Notes under the pieces: model-generated
Databases searched by the model: none
What the model was told of the DNA's origin: nothing
The model's input: only the letters and a program-made list of their open reading frames with translations
From: Glycera tridactyla
Lineage: Eukaryota
NCBI GenBank assembly: GCA_965644265.1
Contig: OZ286472.1
Location: 74,214,001 to 74,278,000, forward strand
Reading direction: 5' to 3'
DNA: 64,000 bases
Position numbers and translations under genes: made by a program
Part shown: positions 12,831-26,000 of the stretch, in pieces
Layout: each line of letters starts with the position of its first letter
Numbering within the stretch: position 1 is the first letter of the stretch

Positions 12831-14619
12831 GATTTGATCACAAGAGCGGAGCAGAGGCTGCTGACGGTAATATTGATAGTTTGCCACTCACACAAACGAT
12901 CCCGATTTGAAATTGACAAAATTCGTGTTAGTTCTCAATGCATGCACAAGATGGCAGGGTGTATACAAATTACAGCGGCTCGTAGTGTTTGGTGAAGGAA
13001 CTATAGATAGATCGCCGTATTAGCGATAGATGTCGGTAGGCGTTAAGCGTCCGCAGTGGCGGTGGGGCGAACTAGCGTAACCAAACATGGCCGATGCGAG
13101 GAACACACAACTAATAAACCAATATTATGCGCCACATTAATGTAAACACATGATATCTGATGGCGAAATCACATAGTTGGATCGGACCCACACTCATGCC
13201 AGTTCGCAAGCCCGAACAACCGCTGAATACGTCAGGAACGTCGGACTATGGGTTTTGTCACACGCTGATGTCAATATATTTATATGGATGGAAATATATA
13301 ATCCTGATATGAGTCAGAATTGAATATAATATAATCCTAATTCTGAAGTGACTAGTCTTCTGGACAATCTGGGCTTGGCCACTATTGGCACTTAATTTGG
13401 AAATCTAGCAGCCCATATCAAATTCTACCTGCTCCACAAATTATTATTTCTGATACAAAGCTGCCTGCTTCAAGGACAAATTCTAACCAATTTAGACAAT
13501 GATCAAACAATTCATTGCCCCAAATGATAGAACCTGTAAAAGGTTGGGGGACAAATTTTAGGTCTTTTACGATTACGAGATAAATTGAGATTTCTGACTA
13601 ACAGAGTGAAGTATACAGTATTTTGGGCCATCGGCAGAAAGTATCTTCTAATCGCCGAAAGGTTGAACCTGACAGCTGACACAATTTCACTTGGCAGTCC
13701 AATATTTTGAACAAACTCCCTGCTCCAATGAGAATCAGAAAAACAAGTGTTTCCAAAAGCTTTTGGAATAATAATTGGAAAAGGATTCAGTGAGGCTACA
13801 TTCCATTTCGAAAAAATTTAAATTAAATACTGGCAGAGTCTCAAAAGAATCTTAATATTAAAGTATCAATAGCAAAGTATTTCCAAAAGCCCTTTGAACA
13901 ATAATCAGTAAAGGATTCAGTGAGGCCACATTTCAGTTCAAGAAATTATGAATTAAATGCTACAAAAGAATCTTACTGCTCATTCTTTTTTCACCATTCA
14001 CAGACTACCTACTGGGCCTACATTTCGAAAAAAGCAAAAAAAAACATCACATCCTTATTTCACCAATTTTACCAGGTTGAATGAAATGGTGAAAATAATC
14101 GGTGTTTCGAACTGAAAAGTTTTAAGACACATTGCCATTCCTGCTTTGAATATGGTGAGGCAGTCCTGAAAAGTTTCAATTTTTTCCAAGTATCTGAAGA
14201 CAACCGTCAGGTCATCCTACATTTTGCAAAAACTGAATGAATTTTCTGAGCAATTGCAATTTTAGCATGAGAAATGGTCAGATCATATCCTGTCAATGAT
14301 TATGCATCTATCTCAAATCTGAATACACATGACAAATTTCTATTCAAAACAAAGATCATTGATTCATAACAAGATACAAAAGTACTCTTCATTTTCCAAA
14401 AATTCTAACTGAACTACTATGCAAATCTCTCATAAGCATTCCCAATCTAAGAATGATTTCATGAAGGTTTACCTTGAAAAGAATTGCAGTTGCGATATTA
14501 CTGATAGGTTTTCAACATTAAGCAGGATCAAAATGTGGCAAGGACAGAGACATGGAATTTGATGAGATCCAGGCAGTGAAAATCTTACAAATATTACTTC
14601 CTCTGTTTGCTGATGCTAC

Positions 14620-14740
14620 TAAGCAAAACTTTTACCAACCAACACATTACTAAGCAAAACTTTTACCAATCAACACGTTACTATGCAAAACTTTTACCAA
14701 TCAAGACATTACACTAAGCAAAACTTACCAATCAACACAT
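14620..14740. repeat. ~31-bp tandem repeat, 4 copies
   Basis: tactaagcaaaacttttaccaatcaacacat repeated. Confidence 0.85.
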
Positions 14741-14829
14741 TTTTATTTCTGCTGCTTGGGTATTTCTACATTAACTATATTGTGAATAGCACTGAGAATC
14801 ACGCTCTTGACGCCTGCCTACAGCATATG

Positions 14830-15990
14830 CCATTTTGAAATCAAGGCCATTACTTTACATGTTAAAATCAAGGTAATTACTTTACATTTTAAAATCAAGG
14901 TACACCATAATTACTTTTACATGTTAAATCAAGGTCATTTAATTACATTTTAAAATCAAGGTAACTACTTTACACTTTAGAATCTGAAGCCACTACTTCA
15001 AATGTTAAAATCAAGGTCATTACTTCCACATGTACATGTTGAAATCAAGGTCATTACTTTTACATGTTATAATCAAGGTCATTTAATTACATATTAAAAT
15101 CAAGGTAACTACTTTAGAATCTGAAACCACTACTTTAGATGTTAAAATCGAGGTCATTACTTCCACATGTTAAAATCAAGGTCATTACATTACATTCTAA
15201 AATCAAGGTACACCATAATTACTTTACATGTTAAAATCAAGGTCATCACTTCCACATCTTACAAACAAGGTCATTAGATTACATGTTGAAATCAAGGTCA
15301 TTACTTTCACATGTTAAAATCAAGGTAACTACTTTACACGTTAAAATCTAAAGCCACTACTTTACATGTTGAAATCAAGGTCATTACATCCACATGTTAA
15401 AATCAAGGTCATTACATTACATGTTAAATTCAATGTCATCACTTTATATGATTACATAAGTCATTACATACATAATATTTCTTTGTATGGTAAAATAAAA
15501 TCCATTGCATTATGTGGGAGGATGAAGGTCAAATAATGGTCATTACATTGCATGATGAAATTAGGATAATAATCCATTACATTATAGAATGCGTGATTAA
15601 ATCATGGTTACATCAAGGTACTTAAATTGAATTACATCACATGGTTGAGTGGCGGTACTTGCACTGCATATGTGAAAATAATTGACAAGTTAAAAACAGG
15701 TCATTAAATCACATGGTATATTGCATGATGAAATTAAGATGATATTACATCATATTGTAGAATAAATGCCATAGTATTATACAGTTAAATCAAGGTACTT
15801 ACATTAAACTACATTGGTCATTACATAGTAAAGTAGAGGTCCTTACACTGAAAATCATTTACAAGGTAAACTAAAGGTCATAACATTATATGAAAAAAAA
15901 AACGTGATTACATTAAATTGCAATACGTAAAATTACATTACATGATTACATAAAGGTCATTGCAATGCATGTCCGAATTCTCATCTCATG
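14830..15990. repeat. ~27-29-bp minisatellite (ttacatgttaaaatcaaggtcattact)n, degrading rightwards
   Basis: More than 20 copies of aaatcaaggt at regular spacing. Confidence 0.9.
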
Positions 15991-16759
15991 CATTCGCACG
16001 ATATTAATCTGAAAATCTCCAGCTTGTGGCCATAATCATGAAAGTGATTTGCACAAGTATCTCAGGTCTGAAAAAAAGGAGAAAATTAGGAGATGGTGAC
16101 CCTGGTCTTGGTTCATCATTCTGATAATTGGGGTGTGAACTATGTTTTCCTTGACTTGACTGTCCAACCCAACATCAATGCTCAAACAAATCCAAACTCA
16201 CACATGCATGCACTCACGCAAACACTCACACACTCATGTCACACATACTGCGAAAACCAAACAAGGAGAAAAAAAACACTCATAAGAAACATCACCAACA
16301 AAATTGAAGCCAAATCTCCACAAGACAACACAAAAATCCTGAAGTGAACAAACAAAACCCAACAATGCTGCAAGATTCGATGAACTAAACACAAAAACAA
16401 GTGAAGACTGCCAGCAAACCCAACGACACACATTGTCGAAGAAACAAAGCAACTCAAAATCAATGAAGTTCAGTCAAGTCAAGGGTATTTTCATCCACGG
16501 GCAATACCTGCTAATGAACCAAGATCCGGGGTGAATACTTCCGAATAATCTTCAAGTGGAACTACCAGTTCCACTTGAAGCACACTGATACTGGTCATGA
16601 TATATCCAATTGCATTTCTGTTACTTTTTTTATGATCACAAATTCATGAAAAATAGTTGGGATTTACATATTCCATCAGTATACATAATTATCTTGATAT
16701 GAAGATACTACCACAGAGAACAGACAGGGGATATCAACTTTATCTGTATGGTTAATTTG

Positions 16760-17000
16760 ATACTACAGAAAATGATTTAATAGTGAGGTTAGTGACATCC
16801 GCAAAACTTTTAACTATATTGAACACTAAACTGCCATGAAACAAAATGCCTGGACTCATTGAATGAAGCATTTCCTGATGACCATGATAGGTAACAATGT
16901 AGATATACTGACTAACATGGGATATCAATATTCCATTTAAAACAACATAGGTCTGATTATTACGGAGATAAAATATGAGAATGAGATTGGGTTTATTCAC
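16760..17000 (-). pseudogene. Possible degenerate non-LTR retrotransposon RT remnant
   Basis: FYLRNNQTYVVLNG...KSFADVTNL resembles the LINE RT pattern YL.NR.Q.V..NG...FADDT.L; the intervening QG motif is not recognisable. Confidence 0.3.
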
Positions 17001-17524
17001 TTTTAACAAAAGATTACTCATTAGTGGGAGAGAAGAAGGAACAATGAAAGAAACTCTTTCAGTCATATAAGTTCAATTGCTCTTAGAAAATTAATTATTC
17101 AACTAACAAGAAAATGGATTTCTGATGTAATACAAGCCTGGAGTAAACAGAATTTTCTGCCATGTTTGCCTCAAATATTTGATATTTTCAAGTGATATCT
17201 CTTAGAACACTAAAATACATATTGACAGATAACAAATAACACATTTTCATTCAATTACTAGCTTCATAGAAATTTGCATATATCATCCGGGATTGAGTTC
17301 TGGTAAAAATTCAATATATGATATATCACATTCAAAGTACTTTCAATTAGGCGCTTACACAAGCTTAACTGCCAATTTGCATATAAGTAAGCTTGAACAA
17401 TTAACGTTATAAAGTTAGCATCATCATATTATCAGTCTCCCATCAAATTCCATAAGTGCCATGTCGTCTTGTACGCCACGTATTCTACACAACTATTGAG
17501 GAACAATTCTCAATACTAATAATG

Positions 17525-17770
17525 ATGGATTGATTGATTGTTATTCAAAGGTATGTATCAGAAATTATATGACATATGTTCCAGATCTTTTAATACTGGA
17601 TGCTTAGTCTATCGTGAGCATTACTCTCACAGACCCTGAACACCCAAGATTACAGGAAACCGAAAGGTTGCCGAGTAAACATATCTGTAGTTCAGAAACA
17701 CCTGTACCTACATACAAAAAGACAAGTGAACCAAACCAGTAGATGGCATGACTCACTTTAAAGCTACATT
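17525..17770 (-). mobile_element. Family A copy (diverged)
   Basis: gattgattgattgttattcaaaggtatgtatc...ctctcacagaccctgaacac. Confidence 0.6.
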
Positions 17771-18689
17771 GGTTTATATTGATGCTTCCCACAAAGCAAA
17801 GTACTTTGATCAAGTGAATGAAACAAGATTCAGAGAATACTTAACCAGTGTTCGACCATGATCGGTCAAACTATATTAATACTTATCATAATGATAATAA
17901 TTATATTGTAATTAATTGATTGATTAATTGAGCTTAGCATCTCTTCAACACAGTACCTAAAAATGTTTGTTTGGTATTCTTATTTTTTATTTATTTTTTG
18001 GTATTTTTTTTTTATAATTTCCCATAAAAATACCTATCGGATGAAGGATAGAGGATGCCTGGCAGGAAACTTCCCCTACTCTTTATGAAATAAATGAAAT
18101 TATCACAGAGACTTTGATAATGATATGACAGCTACTATTACTAACAATATTAATCATATTATATGATAAAATAATGATCATAGTAATAATAATATCAATA
18201 ATGTAAATGAGTCTTTCAGCTACCAACTTATACTCGCAGATATCACTGAATCCTTTACTTGATTCTTTCATAAATTGTTAATTTATCTGAACTACAAATC
18301 TACAATTCACCTGGCTGTGCAATCACCAATATTCGATACCCAACTTTAATAAATGCCTATTCATATTCAGGGCAACTTAATCAAACATATCTTCTCATAG
18401 AAATCATTTGAACAACTCTCACCTAAATGATTTACAAAGATCTAATCAATCTCAAATCAATCAACTGAATGACTGATTGAATGATCTCGAATGACTACTC
18501 AACTGCCATCCTGAATGACTGATTGACTGTCATCTTTTCATCCTGAGCTGGTAGTTAGCCTAATGGCTCCCGATCAAATTCAATATCATGAAATCTACAG
18601 AATAAATGATAGATGACATTGGTATATCATGAAGTATGGCAACTGGGCTCCTAACAGGACTGCATTAGGAGGTGTGAATAGTTTGCAGA

Positions 18690-20260
18690 TATCACTGAAT
18701 ATCGGTCGCAAGCTTGCGAACGCCGATCAAATTAGATGATTGCGATTAATTTTGTCAATGAACTCACAAACATATATTTCTCCCGGCAACTGCCATCTTG
18801 TCTTTTCCGACAACGAACCTTATTCCCGGAGAGATCGAAGCCGCTGCCAGCACACAAACATAATATATAGGGTTGTAGGGAATATGGTGCGCGAGAAACG
18901 GCGATGCCACCATGATGCAATCTAAAAATAGTCGGTACTCCGCATATTATGCGAACGAGGGCTATTGAGACATTTATCCCACAAATTATAACCTCGGATT
19001 GAGACCCTTGGTGTCCCCGGGATTCAAACAGTGTTTGTGTTTTGGCAAAATAAACTGCATCAAAATGTCTCGGCAGATCACAAATCAGGCTATATCAATC
19101 AGATAAAGTACACAATTTGAGATGCAAATATTGCCTTCTGACCAAAATTGTCTTGGCTACCAAATCAGGAAAATCATTACTTCTTGACTACCAAATTAAG
19201 AGTCAATTTGCTACTAAATGAAGTGCCTGGTAAGCCATTTTTTTTTTACTTGCCCAAGATCATAGGAAAGCTTTTAGTGGATGATTTTAGCAAAATGGAA
19301 ATAATTATAGAGTTTCAGAAATCAATTCGTAGAAATCTGAAAGCATTTCATTAATCAGTTCACCAGCATTAACAAATAATGGTCTCCTGATACCAGATCA
19401 ATTTCTATTGCATCTTTCCAGCAAAACAAATAAAACAATAAGGGAAATGTTCATCTAAATGAACCACTAACTTGTGCCATCAGATATGAGAATCACTTTT
19501 GCAAATCTAAATTTTCTTTAGCATCTGACTTGACTGATTAGCTATAGCTAAAACGCTAGTCTATAGTGGTGGAAAGATGATCAAATTTAGTCAGAAGATA
19601 GGTTGGTTGCTGACCTGAATCAAGCGCTTACTTGCCGAAATCGGTAATCGACAAAATCGGAACCAAATAGCAGATGTCTAGAAACAATATATTTGCGAAT
19701 GTGTACACAAAAAAAAACATTGATTCATTTACTTGTCGCGCCATTTTGATGGGTGAAACTTGCATTAACACACAAATCGAGATACACAGTTCAGGAGAAA
19801 ATCCATAAAATGGCGGAGTTTCGAAGTCGCGAACAATTTTTGCAGCGCCAATTAATCATGTTGGCGAAAAATTGAACTTCAAAGGAGAGATGTGCGAAAG
19901 ACATTTTTACAAATATCACGGCTGCGCGGGATCAGTCTCGCAGAGGAAGCCAAGTTGTCAACATGCAAGATGGATTCAAATATATTTTTCGTAGCGGGTA
20001 GCAATGTGGCGAGAAGCGATAGCTGTTTGCAATGTCAATGAACAAATGTTTCAGCGAGCGTGGCGGGAGTTGCCTTGCTCAGATGTCAGTTAACCTGAGA
20101 TAGCGCTTCATCATGTTGGGAATCGATGCATTTGATGGCGACCAAGCGTTTGATATGCTGATACTCGCGTGCATAAAAGAAACGACAAAATTGTGATCAC
20201 TGTGTTAAGGTAGCGACTTCGGGTCTATGATAAAGGGCTTGATTAAGCTCGGTTCAAGCT
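18690..20260. promoter_or_regulatory. CpG-rich, promoter/first-exon-like region
   Basis: Local CpG retention; YY1-like GCCATCTT (18792), GCCATTTT (19740) and AAAATGGCGG (19807); minus-strand donors at 18768|18767 (gtgagt) and 19632|19631 (gtaagc). Could be a transposon interior instead. Confidence 0.3.
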
Positions 20261-21549
20261 TAGCTGAAAAATTCCACCTTTTCCATAACCTATTCCAACT
20301 GATGATCGGTTGGAAAGGCTCAACCGATGATCGTTTATGAACTTGCAACTACTTTCTACCACTACTAATATATAGAGGGAACCCTGAGAAATGAAAAGGA
20401 GCAGTACCAGGTTTGTACTTTTTTGCCAAGACCAAAATATAGTGAATTCTTTCTTCTAAATCACTAAATGCCCACATGATTTGAAAAGGGCTGAAGCAGA
20501 GGCAAGACATTCATGAGCGATTCACGAAATGGCCATCAGATAAAAGATTTGTTCACTCATCATAAATAACCATGGCTTACAAAAATATCTAGACAGATTC
20601 GCTTGAGAGCTTCAACTCCAGTGCCATTGAGAAGGACACTAATGGAATATTTGTGCCAGGCAAAAATCTATGGATTTTGATTGGCACACATTTATCTTAG
20701 CTAGGATAACAATGTTGAGCAAAACTGAATTATCCTCAAATATTGCCTGTTGCATTAGAGTTCTATTCATATGCTGCGATCTGTATACATTGCCTAAACA
20801 GGCTAAATGTGAAAACTAGGTGCCTGAAAAAAATTAACTACACTGAAACCTGTACCGAGCAATCACCCACTAAGCGCAAGCATGTCTATCATTGCTAATA
20901 CAGTATACCTGAACTTTTTTCCCAGCAACATCAATGAAATTATGCAAAACCCTCAACAAAATGAATTTATTCTAAAAATTCCAGCAAGGATGCAACAACA
21001 TCTCATCTGAAATGTTTCATAAAGTGGGGTTTTCATAAAATGGGGTTTGGGTATAAATTATCCCATCAAATATGTTAATGCCATGTCATTTATGTCAAGT
21101 AATAAGGATAAATTGCCATAATTTCACTGGTAAGAAATCTTCAACACAAAAATGTCACAGAAATGAACAAATTCAATAAGTAACATTGGAATGATTCCTC
21201 CGATCTTGTGTTTCAAATCACTGCTACTACTGAAAATCTGACCCCATTGGAACCTGATACAGACCAGAGATTTTTTCGAAATGAACAAACTATCAGTCAA
21301 TGTGAATAAAGCAGTGCGTAATATTATTAATATTATTACTTCTAATGCATCGATCACTGCAAATTTGTCATCACAATATTTATGTCAAATCCAATTAATC
21401 ATAAACTCAAGACATTTCATTCAGATGAGAAATATGCATGATATCTTACATTCGTTTTTTTCTGGGGGGGGGGTTGAATTCAACTCGCCATAACATATAC
21501 AGTCCTGGAAATGATTTGTACGATTTCAACATCTATTTCAGGAATCTCT

Positions 21550-21630
21550 GACACCTACAATCCCGGACACCTACAAGCCCAGACACCTACAATCCTGGAC
21601 ACCTACAAGCCCAGACACCTACAAGCCCGG
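21550..21630. repeat. 16-17-bp tandem repeat (gacacctacaagccca)n, about 5 copies
   Basis: Directly visible. Confidence 0.85.
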
Positions 21631-22949
21631 TATTTAGGATTGTAATGAATTATCTGAACTGCACTCCTGCTTGGCTAAATCTTATATTTCAACTGGTCAG
21701 ATGAATATCGACTACAAAGGCCATTATAAGTCACATGGCGAATGTCCACATATGACCTCTACATAAAGAGCTACTAACTAACCACTAACACAGTTCCAAT
21801 AAGAAGCTGTCACAGATGGTGTATCCCCTGCCACAGGTGACAAAGGGCAATAAATCCTTAAGACATTATTCAATCGTTAAATCGTGACAAATCGTGACAA
21901 CATGCGCTGCAGCACGTTATGATTATCCTTCTGTGAAAGTTGGGTGAATATCGCATGCGAAATGGATGAGGAGTTGTGCAGCCAATAATTTGCCTGGAAA
22001 ATTCAACAAAGGGCAATAACTCAAGAAATGACTAATTGAGAAACCCTGACAATATGTGCTGCAACACTTGATGAAAATCATTTTATGCAAGTTTGGTGAA
22101 AATCGCATGTGCAATGAATGAGGAGTTGCGTAGCCAGGAAAGTGTGACTTTCAGATGGACGCCTGCCATTTCTATAAATCCCCATATGCCTTTGGGCACG
22201 GGATGAAAATAAAGTTTATCCATCTTTATCTTGAAGTGGCCTGTGTGGGCAGGTTTTACAGTATCCATTGTATTCAGATAATCAAATGCTATGAGGCCAT
22301 AAATAATACATGTAGAAATTTCACATGCCCAGTCTTATCTCCTTAGCAAATTGATTTTAAACATTGAGACTATGTCTCAGGTAAATTTGGGCAAAAAAAA
22401 ATTATTCAAATCTTGCTAGCAACACCAGGCTGAAGAAAATTCGAGAATTAATGAATATCCTGTGAAATTTCAATGATGCAATCATGAGATTTAGGTCTTT
22501 TTTATAGCCTAATCTACAGAAATTCTGCACTTCTACATCATATTTCAAAATGAGAAGCATGAATTACACTTTATGTCGTAATGAGACTGTTCCATAAATC
22601 TCTCGTATCAGGATTCATGTCATGTGAAAAGCAAACTATTGTTCCACATTATTGTTCAGCAACATAGAATTTTCCACGCCCTCTACCCCGCACACCACAA
22701 CATACATGTGACCTAAACATAGACACTGAAATATTCATGTCTATTACTCCCCTTTGTGGGAGGGGGGGGGGGGCGCAATTCTGCCATGCACATACCTGCG
22801 ACCTAAATACAGACTGCTCTTTTGTCTGCAGACTCAAATTCAGGTCGGCTGCAGGGAACACCCATTTCATGAAATCTCACGACACTGACATATGTGGTGT
22901 CTATTTCTCTCCTATGGCTTGCCGACATCCCCCATGTACACACGCATGA

Positions 22950-22981
22950 ACGCACACGCACGCGCACACACACGCACACGC

Positions 22982-23031
<50 letters not shown>

Positions 23032-23050
23032 CCAATGCACACACAAACAC
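22950..23050. repeat. (CA)n microsatellite
   Basis: Directly visible. Confidence 0.95.
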
Positions 23051-26000
23051 TCAACTAAAAACACATGCCTAAAAGCATTCAAACTCATAAAAGTGCGCAC
23101 ACGCACTCACACCTAAAATCAAAACGCAGGTTTAAAAGTACAAAATCACTTTAAAAAGGCACCCCTTAAAAACATGTATCCCATAAAACAGGCCTGAAAT
23201 AAGACCCCTAAAACACTCACATTTATCTAAAAGTGCGCACAAACACATGTATTCCTAAAAACATACACCCATTTAAAATACACAATAATAACACTCCCGA
23301 AACATACTCAAAATCGAAACATGCACATTCAAAAACATACATTCATGTCACAGACGAAGACGCAGACACACACATGGGGGAAGTTAGCTTTGCACCAAAG
23401 TTCCTCTGTGGTGAAATTCTGGAAGTGAGAACCCAAATCTCAGAGGAAACAAACTTTCAGCCCATTTTGCAAGCAATAGTTTTACCCCCTTGCACGAATA
23501 GACATGTTGAGAGCATATATCTGGTCTATCTCAACAACCTCATGAGTCACTTGTTGCAAGTGAGAATGTAGAAAGTACGCTTGCATTTGGAATTTCAAGA
23601 AATGAGGGAATTTGTCCCTAAAGTTGAAGAAAAAAAGAGGGCATTTTTTCACAAACTCCTTCAATCTGGGTTAACTCAATAAGGAGTAGGGACAACCTGT
23701 TCACTGATTTTCGGGGCATTGTGGCACTCAACCTTGAAGAAGGGGCACACAATCAATAAAATGAGTGATATGCTCCCATGAGCACTTCCAGATGCAGTTC
23801 TGAGGGAGGTATCTGAAGCAAATCAAATGATCAAGGCACATACTTTACTAGGCAAAATATATGGGCCCAAGCACGATTCTGGTACAATTCTATCTTCCAT
23901 TTTTTTTTGTAAAGAATGGTTAAGTAGATATATCACCCATTTAAGCAATCTTTAATTTTAAGAAGTACATTCAGCTGAGCGAGAGCTGGGAATATCCCAG
24001 ATCAATATTCACTCATGTTGCATCAATGAAAGAGATTGAAAATCCAATTCAGTTGCATTTCACCATGAAATTGAACACTGAAATAAATCAGACATGTGCT
24101 AAATATTGCAGAGCGCTAAAATTGGTGACTTTTTTAATCAGATTAGTTTCAAAGATTGATTGTACATGTATCCTTATTTACTGCGGGAAGGATATTAGTA
24201 CATGTGATACGAAGAGTATTCTACAACTTTTGAAACACTACTTTCGGAAAAGTGTATTGCACCTGTGATGTCACAATGCTCAGCGGAATAACCAACCTCC
24301 ACAGATAGGTTCAGTGTCGTCAAGATTGGGAACACTAAGATTTGCCGAAGCACTCCCAAACTCAAATGGTGGCAAATTTCTATTACTACTGGATCGCATA
24401 ACTTAAGTACTCCACAATTCATCTCAATAGAATGATCATCGCTGAAACGTCCGACAACTCACATGCATCATGATAAAACAATGAGCTTATTTCATCAAGA
24501 GGCACTTCAAGTATCCCAAGATTCTGAGACTGGGATAGTTTAATGTATGCTTACAGATCATACCTGCACTTGACCGTAAGCATGATATCGAAATCATTAA
24601 TGACAGAAATCCTCTCGCTTTAAATACAGAATGTAAAATTATGTTCTTTGACTTATGGGAAAATCCATTTTGACATCGAAATTCCTTATGGAGATAGATA
24701 AAGAAAATAGTCACCATGTGGCTACATAATTAGGTGCATTCTTTCACTGAGTACAGAAAAAAAAATCTATTTGTTTTTTGGATGAATATATCTCAATGAC
24801 TTGCATCAGGAAAACAGGTAGACCCAGTGACTGCAGTCTCAATACTCAAATTCATTTTGTGAGACATAACATTTCAGAATATACAATCACCTAGCTTAAA
24901 AAGACTGATGAATTTTGATCAAATGTAATTATTTTCTTAAATGAACATAATTCCGAGAACTGCATTACGAAAGCAGGCACACTTGTTTGTACAGTCTCAT
25001 TACTCAAGAGTCATTTTGTGAGGCATTACATTACTTCAGGAATGTTTTTCTTGAATCTAAGACATTCATTATGTGTGAATAAACTTGATATACTAGCAAA
25101 AATGTAATGTGAGCACTGAATCACAAATGGATCTTGATAGAAAAAATGCTCCCAAAAAAACCTAACATTCATCGAAATAAAAAAGTCAATATAACTGCAA
25201 TTCAACTATCCACTCAAGTGCATGCAAGACTTCGGGATAATTTCAAGAACAGCAAAGTTAACAGCCTTATCAAATCGGGCACAAAACCCAAACCACATGT
25301 AAAATGAACCCATCTACTGTCCACGGTGTCGCTGACTGCCAGAAATTTACTGATCTGTAAAAGATTTCACCAGGCCACATGAGACCTCAAGATTTTCTGA
25401 CAGGCCATTAAGTAAAAAGATGGGCGATGCCACAAAATGGCAGACTATCTTCTATTCATTTATGGTTAATAGATATCAAAAGAAGCTATGCCAGTTGACT
25501 AAGTAGGATAAATGAATGGGCTACAATGGCAAAAATGGAGGCATAAACCCATAATTTCAAGGGCTGGAGAATGAAAATAATAGTCATTATTCATAAAGAG
25601 AATTATAGTTTCATGCATATTCAATATTTATTAAAAGTAAGAATGCTGATAACTACAAAAAAACAGATCACGTATGCTCATATTTGTGCCAGAACCAAAA
25701 ATATTAGAGAAAGTGCATCAATATTACAAAATATTAGAGAAGGTGCATCAACATTACATCTAAACAAATCTTCTGAAAGAAGCTTACTGAAATTAGCATG
25801 TTCTTTGAATTTCAGCTGTATATTTGATCAAGTTTTACTGGATAGCTAAAGGTTTACTGGCACATTTTTGCCAGTTTATTGACAAAATAAGTTCAGTGGC
25901 ACAAACTAGAATCAACTGGCTTTGGGACAGCTATGCAGGTGTTAATCTTAAACACTTTTCCAAACCAAACCAGTAATTTCAAAAACCACCCACCATCAAA

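Noticed and set aside
12588-12995. His/Thr/Pro-rich ORFs on both strands
   Set aside because: CA-rich low-complexity sequence
18995-19035. tRNA-like 3' half on the minus strand (gtttgaatcccggggacacca)
   Set aside because: No matching acceptor stem, D arm or anticodon arm upstream
22803-23116. CV/TH-repeat ORFs
   Set aside because: (CA)n microsatellite
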